32,000 nucleotides of DNA from Patescibacteria group bacterium. GTDB taxonomy: Bacteria > Patescibacteriota > UBA1384 > XYA2-FULL-43-10. The position numbers and the translations under genes were made by a program. The stretch covers positions 1-32,000 of the forward strand of contig JBAYVT010000001.1 of the NCBI GenBank assembly GCA_041674405.1. The letters run 5' to 3'. This document shows, in pieces, positions 1-8,029 of the stretch. Positions within the stretch are counted from its first letter, which is position 1; every line of letters starts with the position of its first letter. A model generated the notes under the pieces. That model searched no databases. It was not told where the DNA came from and worked only from the letters and a program-made list of their open reading frames with translations.

Positions 1-89
1 TAATTTAATTATATCGCACTAATCCTTTGAGTTTCCTTAAAGTTATACACAAATTTCAATGATTAAGCAGGCTAAATAAAAATTGTGTT

Positions 90-116
90 AAAAAAAAGGT
101 GCCCATTCGGGTCACC
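90..116 (-). terminator. Rho-independent terminator downstream of the GNAT gene
   Basis: On the minus strand an imperfect hairpin GGTGACCCGAATGGGCACC (98-116) is followed by a T-run (A-run 90-97 on the + strand). Confidence 0.6.
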
Positions 117-195
117 ATAATCCGTAATCAATATAATCTTAATCACGAATATTGTCAATAGAAATGATGTAACTTGACCTAATTTATGGTTTTGA

Positions 196-606
196 CTAGG
201 AAAAATAAAAGACTTCCGAACCTGCGAACTTTTTAAAACCTGCTTTTGTGTAAAATTCAGGTAAATTTGCATCTGCGGGATCGGTATTTATCCAAATGCG
301 ACAAACCTTTAAGTTTGAATAGTAAGCACAAGCCTTTTTTAAAAGACTGGTGCCAATCCCCTGTCCTCTAAATTTCTTACCGACAAAAAGATCTACAAGA
401 TAAACAAATCTTGTTTTGTCTGAGATAGTGCGTATTGCCCCAACGATATTTTTTCCGGCTTTATAGATAAAAATACAATCGGAATTTGATAAAAAATTTT
501 TTACAAATTTTGGATCTCCGTAGTTTTTTGCCACATAAAATTGAATAATCTGTTCAAAATTATCTGAGATATTTAGTTTTCCCTCAGTAATATCGAAGAT
601 AGTCAT
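196..606 (-). CDS. GNAT-family N-acetyltransferase
   Basis: 136-aa ORF with the acetyl-CoA binding motif VGKKFRGQGIGTSLLKKA (Q/RxxGxG/A). Size is typical of single-domain GNATs. Confidence 0.85.
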   Translation of the reverse strand: MTIFDITEGKLNISDNFEQIIQFYVAKNYGDPKFVKNFLSNSDCIFIYKAGKNIVGAIRTISDKTRFVYLVDLFVGKKFRGQGIGTSLLKKACAYYSNLKVCRIWINTDPADANLPEFYTKAGFKKFAGSEVFYFS

Positions 607-609
607 ATG

Positions 610-1248
610 TTATTTCAAAAGTGTATCAATTTGCGAAGGAATAGTACTTGGGTCTTCAACATATTGGCCATTCAAAAATACGCTTGGTGTTCCACCAAGA
701 TTTAATGCCTGGGCATCGGAATTATCTTTGTCAATAATATTCTGGACTTCTGAGCTGTTTAGATCTGAATCGAATTTTGTAATATCAAGCCCGATTGATT
801 TGGCCATAGCATCCATTGTTGTCTGGTCACCGGTTTGATAGCTTTCAAAAATTGCATCGTCTGCTTGATCGAATTTGTCCTGCTTATTTGCAGCCTCAGC
901 AGCTTTTGCCATGATCACGGCCTGTTGGTGAATGATAAAAGTGCGGTGATACATTACTACATCATTCGGATGGGCAGCGACAATAGATTTCAGTGTTTCG
1001 TGTAGGCTTTTGCAATAAGGGCAGAGATAATCAGAAAAAACTACAATTTTCACCTTTGCGTCAACCGATCCTATGTGGGCGGCATCATCACGATAAATTA
1101 AAGATTCATCATTTTTTATGTCACTGCTTTGGGGGCTTTCGTCTGTACTTTCGGGACCTTTGCTCTTGTTTGGAAGTGCAAGAATCACTCCACCGGCGAT
1201 CAAAATTATAATTATTATAAGAATTATCCAATTACCAGCATTTTTCAT
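610..1248 (-). CDS. Membrane-anchored DsbA-like thiol:disulfide oxidoreductase (thioredoxin fold)
   Basis: CPYC active-site motif (FSDYLCPYCKSLHE) and an N-terminal TM helix (WIILIIIIILIAGGVILA). I prefer the ATG at 1248, preceded by AGGAG, over the track start at 1308. Confidence 0.8.
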   Translation of the reverse strand: MKNAGNWIILIIIIILIAGGVILALPNKSKGPESTDESPQSSDIKNDESLIYRDDAAHIGSVDAKVKIVVFSDYLCPYCKSLHETLKSIVAAHPNDVVMYHRTFIIHQQAVIMAKAAEAANKQDKFDQADDAIFESYQTGDQTTMDAMAKSIGLDITKFDSDLNSSEVQNIIDKDNSDAQALNLGGTPSVFLNGQYVEDPSTIPSQIDTLLK

Positions 1249-1434
1249 CTTGCTCCTAAAAATTACTTTTGTAACCAAAAGTTTAACAAAAAATAGAATA
1301 TACTTCAAACATATCTTTACTCTGTTTATTTCTCCTTAAAAAAAATTTCTTGTTTGTTTATATCAAAATATCAAAACGACCCAACTAAAATTCGCGCTGG
1401 ATCATTTTGAAGAGCTCAAAATATTAGAAAAGAG

Positions 1435-1593
1435 CTACATCTCTTTATTCGAACCCGCACCCCAAAATCCTAGAATTGCAATAATGAGGCCGGTAATTAC
1501 CAAAACCCATTTGTTTGCTGCGCTGGACATGTTGAGATATGGTTCGATAATCACCCATATGCCCAGAATACCAATTACCCAAGCTTGCCACAT
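1435..1593 (-). CDS. Small (52 aa) two-TM membrane protein, SPW-repeat-like
   Basis: Hand translation gives MWQAWVIGILGIWVIIEPYLNMSSAANKWVLVITGLIIAILGFWGAGSNKEM. The ATG at 1593 is preceded by GGAAAGGAGC. It falls below the 60-aa cutoff of the ORF track. Two hydrophobic, W-rich segments. Confidence 0.5.
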   Translation of the reverse strand: MWQAWVIGILGIWVIIEPYLNMSSAANKWVLVITGLIIAILGFWGAGSNKEM

Positions 1594-1702
1594 ATTAGCT
1601 CCTTTCCTAAATTATTCGACCTTTTCTCGATCTTATAACAAAGCTAGAGCTAATTCTTCAGTAGATTCTACAATGCACCAACGCTGGGTTATTGATACTT
1701 GC

Positions 1703-2464
1703 TTACGGGCGCAGCGTTCCGGCGAAGACTTGCCAAGCAAGCAAAGATTTGGCGACTAAACTCAGTATTATGTATGCCCTTTCGCCATAAAGATAATCCG
1801 CCCACTTGCCAACTTTTTTGTATTGTAGAATTTGGTTTATCGCAAAGCTGTTGAAGAAAACAAAGATTGAAAAATAAATCCAGTAGACAAAATCTGGTGC
1901 TTTGTTCTCTCCACCGCCGGCACCGAATAAATATATCGCGATAGCCGCCCAAGGAATGATTCCGGCGATACAGCCAAAAACAAACGAAGTCCAATTTGTC
2001 TTTTCTGTTGACTGGTTATGAAGCTCCATCATCCAACCAAAAAGAATCATACTTGCATTGACACCGACAAAGGCAATTAAAGTTGCAATATCATAAATAC
2101 CAACCAACATGGCGATAACGACGATCATCAAAGATGAAGAAATCGAGTATTCAATCCAACGGAAAAAGTTGATGTGCTTCGCTAAATTCTTATTGTAAAT
2201 TGCATTCAAGCCCGGCAGAGTGATTAAAAGGTGAAAAAACGCCGAGAGAAACAAAAATGATGCAACCAAGGGGCCAATTTTCAGATCAGCCAAAGTTTCC
2301 GGCGTTGGCACTAACTTTTTGACTGCGACATCAAATTTCAAAAATGATGCCGTAACCGGCAACGAGAACGTGCTCGAAACAATAAGCATCACAATGCCTT
2401 GTCCAAGATGCAGAAGAAACATAACAAGGTTGAATTTGCGCAGACCCTTAAGTTTTGCTTCCAT
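1703..2464 (-). CDS. Heliorhodopsin (7-TM retinal protein with inverted topology)
   Basis: 253 aa. The blocks LRKFNLVMFLLHLGQGIVMLIVSSTFSLPVTASFLKFD, RWIEYSISSSLMIVVIAML, ILFGWMMELHNQ, NWTSFVFGCIAGIIPW and YIILSLVAKSLLAWQVFAGTLRP match the heliorhodopsin sequences I remember (48C12, TaHeR). This includes the TM7 Schiff-base Lys (VAKS) and the Glu of the EYS counterion position. A GGAGG RBS lies in the 17-nt gap upstream. Confidence 0.85.
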   Translation of the reverse strand: MEAKLKGLRKFNLVMFLLHLGQGIVMLIVSSTFSLPVTASFLKFDVAVKKLVPTPETLADLKIGPLVASFLFLSAFFHLLITLPGLNAIYNKNLAKHINFFRWIEYSISSSLMIVVIAMLVGIYDIATLIAFVGVNASMILFGWMMELHNQSTEKTNWTSFVFGCIAGIIPWAAIAIYLFGAGGGENKAPDFVYWIYFSIFVFFNSFAINQILQYKKVGKWADYLYGERAYIILSLVAKSLLAWQVFAGTLRP

Positions 2465-2481
2465 ACAACCTCCCCATTATT

Positions 2482-3246
2482 TTATCTTTCAATTTCCTGG
2501 CGCTTAAATATGAAAATCGAAATTATCATAAAAAGTATGATGATTGCGATTGTGGTGATCAACGACGGCAAATAATCATGTGGGGAAAGGCCGGTAAAAA
2601 TGTCTTTGTAATTTGTCATTATATTACCTGGCAAAATTTTTTTGATTTCCTTGATAAGAGAAAGAATTATTGTGATTACTATCTGAATGCCGAACGAAAT
2701 AAATGCGGCAACAATTTGATTGCTTGTAAATGCGCTGCATAGAATTGTGGTTGCTGTGATGAAAAGGAGATAAACAAAAAATATTGATGCAAGCAATGAG
2801 AAAAGAGCGAATGAAAATGATCCAAAAATGACAATGGTGTAGGCGTAAAAAATAAGTGACGAAGCGATATAGATCACCGCAAGCACTGAATAAGCGGCAA
2901 AAAATTTAGAAAGAACAAACTTTGCCCTCGAGACCGGTTTGGTGAGAACAACTTCAAGAGTTTTTTTATTCTTTTCCTCGGCGATGATACCAGCAAAGAC
3001 AAACACCAAAACTAATAATGCGATTTGGCTTATATTTTTGACAAACTGATCGATGGAATCTCTCCATGTTGGCTCGGGCAATTGAATTGAAAGACCCGGA
3101 GTTTGTGGAATATTTTTTAAGAGCTCGGGCGTAATTTTAGCTAGTGCTGGTGAGGCAAAAGCAATGAAGAGAAACAAAATTACTAAAATTAGTAACTTCT
3201 TGGTTCTTATTATTTCTAAAATTTCTTTTCCAAATAGTGCATTCAT
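2482..3246 (-). CDS. ABC-2 type exporter permease
   Basis: 254 aa with about 6 predicted TM helices. It overlaps the stop of the upstream ATPase gene by 1 nt, which is a typical ABC-2 layout. Confidence 0.75.
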   Translation of the reverse strand: MNALFGKEILEIIRTKKLLILVILFLFIAFASPALAKITPELLKNIPQTPGLSIQLPEPTWRDSIDQFVKNISQIALLVLVFVFAGIIAEEKNKKTLEVVLTKPVSRAKFVLSKFFAAYSVLAVIYIASSLIFYAYTIVIFGSFSFALFSLLASIFFVYLLFITATTILCSAFTSNQIVAAFISFGIQIVITIILSLIKEIKKILPGNIMTNYKDIFTGLSPHDYLPSLITTIAIIILFMIISIFIFKRQEIER

Positions 3247-4172
3247 TATTTCCCCTTTCTGACCAAATCAAGGAATAAATCTTCGATTTCTGGAAGTTTG
3301 ATGCCATAAGAATAAATACCGACCGACTCATCGGCAAAAAATTTAATCGGTAGATTTTTCCTTACATCATCTTCACTTCTTAGCCAAATTTTAGCAGACG
3401 TAGCATCAACTTCGACCCTGAGTGCCCACGGTACCTTTTTTAGCTTGGGAACGAGTTTAGCCGGATTTTCGGAAAATTCGACGTACAATATCAGCTTGGT
3501 GTATTTTTCTTTAAGTTCCGGTAAGGACGAGGCAGCAGCGATCTTGCCCTCATTTATAATTACGACATCGTCGCAGATTTTATCGACATCAGAGAGAATA
3601 TGGGTGGATAGAAAAATCGTCTTATTGGCTGAAAGTGTTTGAATAACGTTCAAGACTTCTTTGCGTCCGATCGGGTCCAAGGCAGAAACCGGTTCGTCGA
3701 GGATCAAAATTTTCGGGTCATTAATAAGCGCTTGGGCAATGCCGAGGCGCTGTTTCATGCCGCCCGAGTATGCGCCAATACGTTTATTTTGGGCATTTTC
3801 AAGGTTGACGAGTTTTAAAACCTCGGTGATCTTGGTTTTCTGCTGCTTTTTAGAAATGTTGAATGTGTCAGCAATAAATGAAAGATATTCTTTTCCCTTC
3901 ATCCAATTGTAAAATGCCGGAAGTTCTGGCAAGTAGCCGAAAAGATTATTTAGCCCAGAATTACCGAATTCAATTTTATTGTCATTTAGTGATATTTCGC
4001 CGGAGGTTGGCTTTGAAAGTCCGACGATCATCCGAAGCGTTGTCGTCTTTCCTGCCCCGTTCGGCCCGAGAAAACCGACAACACGGTTATTCTCAACATT
4101 AAATGAAATATTATCGACAGCGGTGAAATTGCCAAATTTTTTTGTAAGATTTTTGACAGATATTACGCTCAT
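3246..4172 (-). CDS. ABC transporter ATP-binding protein
   Basis: Walker A GPNGAGKTT, signature YSGGMKQRLGIA, Walker B ILILDEPVSALD and H-loop LSTHIL. Confidence 0.95.
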   Translation of the reverse strand: MSVISVKNLTKKFGNFTAVDNISFNVENNRVVGFLGPNGAGKTTTLRMIVGLSKPTSGEISLNDNKIEFGNSGLNNLFGYLPELPAFYNWMKGKEYLSFIADTFNISKKQQKTKITEVLKLVNLENAQNKRIGAYSGGMKQRLGIAQALINDPKILILDEPVSALDPIGRKEVLNVIQTLSANKTIFLSTHILSDVDKICDDVVIINEGKIAAASSLPELKEKYTKLILYVEFSENPAKLVPKLKKVPWALRVEVDATSAKIWLRSEDDVRKNLPIKFFADESVGIYSYGIKLPEIEDLFLDLVRKGK

Positions 4173-4378
4173 TCTTCATCCGTTCTTCCGATCAATAGAT
4201 ATAGAATCGGGCCGATAATATTGATCAAGATAATTATCAAAAGCCAAGCGACGGGTGATAAGTTTTTTGTTTTCCATTTGCGAGCCAAGTCAACTACGGC
4301 GTAGACCATAAGCCCAAGCTCGATAATGGCTATTGGCAGCGCCAAAAGCAAAATTTGTGAAACATTTGTAGTATCCAT
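4169..4378 (-). CDS. PLDc_N-type small membrane protein
   Basis: 69 aa with two TM helices and the characteristic WLLIIILINIIGPILYLLIGR segment. It overlaps the ABC ATPase start by 4 nt. Confidence 0.7.
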   Translation of the reverse strand: MDTTNVSQILLLALPIAIIELGLMVYAVVDLARKWKTKNLSPVAWLLIIILINIIGPILYLLIGRTDEE

Positions 4379-4415
4379 TTGACTCCTTGATTACAATGAA
4401 ATCATATCAGAGCAA

Positions 4416-4853
4416 TTATGACTTAGTAAAGCCTGTAAATTGACCTAAAGCCAAAATGCAAAAGTCAAGATAATAAGTTAAAATCAATAAAGTTTTTCCT
4501 TCATTTTCCTTGGCACGGGACAGAAGGAGATGAGTAATTAGTTTCTTTGGAATTTTTTGGTTAAATTTTATCTGAATAGTTTTCTTGCCGGTGGCATAGC
4601 CCATAGTTTCTAATTCTTGGCGGGATTTATCATCGAGAACGAATGCTAAACCGAAAGCTATGTGATTTTTGAAAGTGGAGAAACCAGCTAAGAGACCATG
4701 ATACTTATAAAACGGCACTCCCCAGCTGATGGATTCTGAGGCATTGGGCACTGCGGATTTAATAACAGATCTAATTTCTCTCGAGATTGGCTGTGCTTCA
4801 TCTGGAGTATTCTTGATGTATTCATCCACATTTTTTGCTTCATAATTTCTCAT
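4416..4853 (-). CDS. DUF1801 (YdhG-like) domain protein
   Basis: An N-terminal VDEYI...ISREIRSVIKSAVPNASESISWGVPFYKYHG pattern is typical of DUF1801. The C-terminal hydrophobic extension is unusual. Confidence 0.6.
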   Translation of the reverse strand: MRNYEAKNVDEYIKNTPDEAQPISREIRSVIKSAVPNASESISWGVPFYKYHGLLAGFSTFKNHIAFGLAFVLDDKSRQELETMGYATGKKTIQIKFNQKIPKKLITHLLLSRAKENEGKTLLILTYYLDFCILALGQFTGFTKS

Positions 4854-4942
4854 GTACCAATCCGATATTTGATTAATTATTAGCTCGAGAATATAATTAT
4901 ATTGTTTTTATATCAATGTAGATTTTCCTAAGGGAGGGAAAA

Positions 4943-6067
4943 ATGAGAAAGTTCTCAATTGCTATTGTGGCGGCGCTCATGCTGTCGTTATTTGGCTTTT
5001 CAGGTCCGGAGAAGGCAAAGGCCGACACAGTGATTGCACCGCCGTGTAATTTTTCCTCACAGACGCTTCTTGGAAGCAATTATCTGGCTCAGACTTTTGT
5101 GCCTGGTGTGGATAATATTGATAATGTTGGAATTTTGGTCGGAAATTTCAGTGCTAGTTCGGTAAAATTTAATCTGATGCTGACTGGACCGAACGGACAA
5201 GTTCTTGCAACACGACCGACTTCGCTTTCCGGTAATTTCGCTTGGCCATATCGTTATATTGATCCTCAATTTTCGATTCCATCTACAAGGACTGGAACAT
5301 ATGTGATCTGGGTCTACCCATATACCGGATATGAAAATAATGAATTATATGTAAAAGGTTCTGCATTTAGTGATGAGAGCTGTTATCCGAACGGCGGAGC
5401 ATATCAAAATATTTTTACCAATTTACACCGTGATTTTAGCTTCGTAGTTTTTGGGCACAATAATGATGCTTCAGCTCCCGAAGTAGTTGAAGCACCAGCA
5501 GACCAACAACCGCCTGTCGATAATCAGTCTCTGCCAGCTGCTGACCAGCCGTCTGGAACATCTTCTGATACAGCAACGACAAACGCAACAGAAAAGTCGA
5601 GCAATTCACCAAAAGATTTGACTGCCAAATGGGACGAAAACGCAAACGCGGTAAACTTGTCATGGAGTGTGTCGTCACTTTCCGGGCTTAGCGGATATGA
5701 AATTTATAAAACCAATTCGACCGAGAACACATTCTCCAAGCTTGGGACGACAACCAAAGACGTTCTTTCTTACCAGGACAAAGATGTCAAATACGGAGAG
5801 TCGTATTTGTATTATGTTGTTGGGGTGGCGGGAACAGCTGTTTCTGATAGTTCCAACACAGTCTCGTTCCTTGTTGATGATCAAGGCATAAAGCCATCGA
5901 CTCCGCTTCCCGGTGAACAAAATGAGAGTTTTTGGCAAAAGGTTGGAAATAATATCGTAAATAATCAAGTATATTTGCTTGGGGCATCAGCATTGCTCTT
6001 AACTCTTCTCCTTATTCTTGAGGTTATTGAACGAATCCGAAAACGATCTCAAAAGAATCGTCTCTAG
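4943..6067 (+). CDS. Secreted or surface protein with an FN3-like domain and a C-terminal membrane anchor
   Basis: Signal-peptide-like N-terminus (MRKFSIAIVAALMLSLFGFSGPEKAKA) and a P/S/T-rich linker. FN3-like segment (LTAKWDENANAVNLSWS...GYEIYKTNS...YLYYVVGV). C-terminal TM helix plus basic tail (RIRKRSQKNRL). Confidence 0.7.
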   Translation: MRKFSIAIVAALMLSLFGFSGPEKAKADTVIAPPCNFSSQTLLGSNYLAQTFVPGVDNIDNVGILVGNFSASSVKFNLMLTGPNGQVLATRPTSLSGNFAWPYRYIDPQFSIPSTRTGTYVIWVYPYTGYENNELYVKGSAFSDESCYPNGGAYQNIFTNLHRDFSFVVFGHNNDASAPEVVEAPADQQPPVDNQSLPAADQPSGTSSDTATTNATEKSSNSPKDLTAKWDENANAVNLSWSVSSLSGLSGYEIYKTNSTENTFSKLGTTTKDVLSYQDKDVKYGESYLYYVVGVAGTAVSDSSNTVSFLVDDQGIKPSTPLPGEQNESFWQKVGNNIVNNQVYLLGASALLLTLLLILEVIERIRKRSQKNRL

Positions 6068-6084
6068 AAAATTAAGGTTGCTAA

Positions 6085-6126
6085 ATTCAAAGATCCGCCT
6101 AGCTAGGCGGATCTTTGAATTTGTTG
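6085..6126 (+). terminator. Rho-independent terminator of the surface-protein gene
   Basis: Perfect 18-bp inverted repeat ATTCAAAGATCCGCCTAG/CTAGGCGGATCTTTGAAT (6085-6120) followed by TTTGTT. Confidence 0.8.
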
Positions 6127-6148
6127 CCCGTTATATTTTGTATGTAGA

Positions 6149-6177
6149 TTGACACACGATCAATATTGTGTTATTAT
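6149..6177 (+). promoter_or_regulatory. Near-consensus sigma70-type promoter of GC-rich island 1
   Basis: TTGACA (6149-6154), a 17-nt spacer ending in TGTGT, then TATTAT (6172-6177). Confidence 0.6.
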
Positions 6178-6220
6178 TCGCCAGTGTCGGACTACTACTT
6201 CGCAGCCATGGAGGATTATC

Positions 6221-6646
6221 TTGAAACCCGAAGAAGTGAAAGCATTGGCAAGTTGTTTTGTCAATCGGTGTGAGCAAGCGTTCGTCGACAATCCGCAGGG
6301 CCCGCAACTGCGCGTGTTCGAAAGAGGTGGACGATGGTATGCGGGTGTGATCCTGCGTATTTGCCGAGATATCGACACCTCAGTTGTGCTTGTAGTGCTA
6401 AGTGAGCATTTGCAGCTTGAGGTAGTCGAGGAAATCAAGCGAATGCGCCCCGGGGTCGATGTCGTGACGATCGCAAGATCTGTGAGAGTCAGAGTGTCAT
6501 CCTTTGTTGCGCGACTGGAATCCGGCGTATTGCTTTGCTTGACCGGAAGGCAAGCCGGTTTCCTCCAGTCGCTTCTCGTCACACTACCCGTGAGCGCAAT
6601 TCCCCTCGCACTCAGCCGCACAACCGAATCCGCAGCCGGCAACTAG
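6221..6646 (+). CDS. Orphan hypothetical protein (141 aa), GC-rich island 1
   Basis: A TTG start lies 6 nt after GGAGG (6211-6215). Codons are G-rich at position 1 and G/C-rich at position 3. The antisense ORF is S/T/R-rich and shadow-like. I recognise no family. The start codon and coding status are less certain than for the other islands. Confidence 0.45.
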   Translation: MKPEEVKALASCFVNRCEQAFVDNPQGPQLRVFERGGRWYAGVILRICRDIDTSVVLVVLSEHLQLEVVEEIKRMRPGVDVVTIARSVRVRVSSFVARLESGVLLCLTGRQAGFLQSLLVTLPVSAIPLALSRTTESAAGN

Positions 6647-6664
6647 CCGGTACTGAAGTACTGG

Positions 6665-6700
6665 GAGAGCACGGCTTCGCCGTGCTCCTTTCAGTTATTA
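6665..6700 (+). terminator. Hairpin terminator closing island 1
   Basis: GAGCACGG-CTTCG-CCGTGCTC stem-loop (6667-6687) followed by the weak U-tract CTTTCAGTTATT. Confidence 0.5.
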
Positions 6701-6715
6701 GATCGTTTTTAAGAG

Positions 6716-6928
6716 TTACATATGCAAAAGTGTAAAAACCTTGTAAATCAGAAGCGCGGGCCAAACGATTGCTTTCAGAAAGCCTAAGACCCCCCACCAA
6801 AACGTATCTGCTTGCTGAATAAAATACACTGCAGCGCCGATGAATGCCAGTCCGTAAGCACCACCAAATATTCCATTGGCGCTTCCCTTGCCTTTACTAA
6901 CCTTCAATTCACATTTTTCTTTTGCCAT
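6716..6928 (-). CDS. Small conserved two-TM membrane protein
   Basis: 70 aa with GIFGGAYGLAFIGAAVYFIQQADTFWWGVLGFLKAIVWPALLIY, which resembles a widespread small membrane-protein family. Host-like composition. Confidence 0.6.
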   Translation of the reverse strand: MAKEKCELKVSKGKGSANGIFGGAYGLAFIGAAVYFIQQADTFWWGVLGFLKAIVWPALLIYKVFTLLHM

Positions 6929-6988
6929 AATTCTCCCTTATTAATTATATTTAGAATATACATCACAAGTATTGGTGACGAAAATATT

Positions 6989-7171
6989 TTATTCTCCAAT
7001 ATCATCTTTCAATTTCCTTATAGACATTGCTCGGATATCTTTGAGAGCAATCACTCGCCCATCTCCAAGGAGAACCTTACCGCTTTTATGGTCAGCAAAT
7101 TTGCCTGTGGTAACCTCACCGGTCCGATACTTTATCCAGATAGTAGTACCTTTAGGGTAACTTGTATGCAT
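6989..7171 (-). CDS. Small hypothetical protein (60 aa)
   Basis: The ORF starts at the ATG at 7171, 2 nt after the stop of the upstream gene. No family recognised. Confidence 0.4.
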   Translation of the reverse strand: MHTSYPKGTTIWIKYRTGEVTTGKFADHKSGKVLLGDGRVIALKDIRAMSIRKLKDDIGE

Positions 7172-7173
7172 AT

Positions 7174-7884
7174 TTAGGGCTTTTTTGGAGTTATTGTTGC
7201 CAAACAATCTTTTTGGTCAAATGTTCCTATTCCAATCTGGCGTACAGACATGCCTTGATCGTCATTTACATCATGGATTAGGCCCTCATTGGTTGCAATT
7301 GTGCGCAAGCTAGAAACAAGAATGATTGCATTTTCACGTTGCTCTGGTGGTATTTCAGCAGTAAGACCATTTTTGGCTTCGTAATAATCACTCATCCAGT
7401 AATACTCTGGTTTCGGCGATTCAGAGGGTTGTGTAACCCGAAAAAACAACACGAGATCAGGATTTATTTTTTCATCACCAAGCGCTTCGAGGTTAACTTG
7501 ATATCCAGTCTCACTTTGCCTTACTTGTCCATCGTTATGAGGTGTTTCGGGTATAGTGACCTCTTTACCCAAGAAACCGCTTACATCTCCACCCCATCTT
7601 TTTTTACGCGCTTTATAAGCAAAATCTGAAAAAGCCATTGAATGAGCAATCAGTTCTGCCATTCTATTATCGGAAGATCTGATATTCTCGGGCAATGATT
7701 CGTAAAGGTCCGGATCTTCAAAATACTCCGCCACCATGGGGTTTATTATTATTCCTTGAGCTTTCAAAAAATCACAAATCTTTAATACCTGTTCTTCTGC
7801 TTTTTTCTCACGATCAATAGGAGGCAATTCTGCGCTATTGAAAGGAGATTGTTCAACACTACCGTAGTCATTTGCTTTTCTCAT
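7174..7884 (-). CDS. Hypothetical protein (236 aa)
   Basis: Long ORF with host-like composition, tightly coupled to the downstream small ORF. No motif recognised. Confidence 0.55.
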   Translation of the reverse strand: MRKANDYGSVEQSPFNSAELPPIDREKKAEEQVLKICDFLKAQGIIINPMVAEYFEDPDLYESLPENIRSSDNRMAELIAHSMAFSDFAYKARKKRWGGDVSGFLGKEVTIPETPHNDGQVRQSETGYQVNLEALGDEKINPDLVLFFRVTQPSESPKPEYYWMSDYYEAKNGLTAEIPPEQRENAIILVSSLRTIATNEGLIHDVNDDQGMSVRQIGIGTFDQKDCLATITPKKP

Positions 7885-7961
7885 ACTATCCTTTTATTTG
7901 GCTATTAAGACCATGCCGGTAATAATTAAACATATTGCTAAAAATTCCGTTCGCCAGGAAT

Positions 7962-8021
7962 AAAAAAGTAATTCAGTTCACATTTATATTCTCATAATAT
8001 GAAAAATAATTGAACTGGAAT
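7962..8021 (-). terminator. Possible terminator of typA (large-loop hairpin)
   Basis: On the minus strand ATTCCAGTTCA...TGAACTGAAT forms a stem of about 10 bp with one bulge and a loop of about 30 nt, followed by ACTTTTTT. Confidence 0.35.
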
Positions 8022-8029
8022 GCCTGAAT

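Noticed and set aside
72-272. 66-aa minus-strand ORF at the window start
   Set aside because: It overlaps the 3' end of the GNAT gene and runs through its terminator hairpin. It has an AT-rich low-complexity translation and no RBS.
1484-1759. 91-aa plus-strand ORF between the small membrane ORF and the heliorhodopsin gene
   Set aside because: It overlaps the better-supported minus-strand 52-codon ORF (which has an RBS and TM helices) and the 3' end of the heliorhodopsin gene. It has no RBS and an odd composition.
5880-6067. C-terminus of the FN3 surface protein as a sortase sorting signal (a sortase gene is at 27463-28230)
   Set aside because: A hydrophobic helix plus basic tail is present. 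However, the only LPxxG-like string (LPGEQ) lies about 20 residues upstream of the helix and is not LPXTG. This is insufficient to call a sortase substrate.
6160-6642. 160-aa minus-strand ORF spanning island 1
   Set aside because: The translation is S/T/R-rich, and there is no RBS or promoter on that strand. The promoter, GGAGG and terminator all point to the plus strand. It is kept only as a caveat on the island-1 CDS call.
6178-6700. Island 1 as a retron-like, guide-type or other large ncRNA
   Set aside because: I found no flanking inverted repeats typical of msr/msd, no adjacent RT or nuclease gene, and no internal tandem repeats. The plus frame shows codon-like periodicity. The idea is downgraded to an alternative noted under the island-1 finding.
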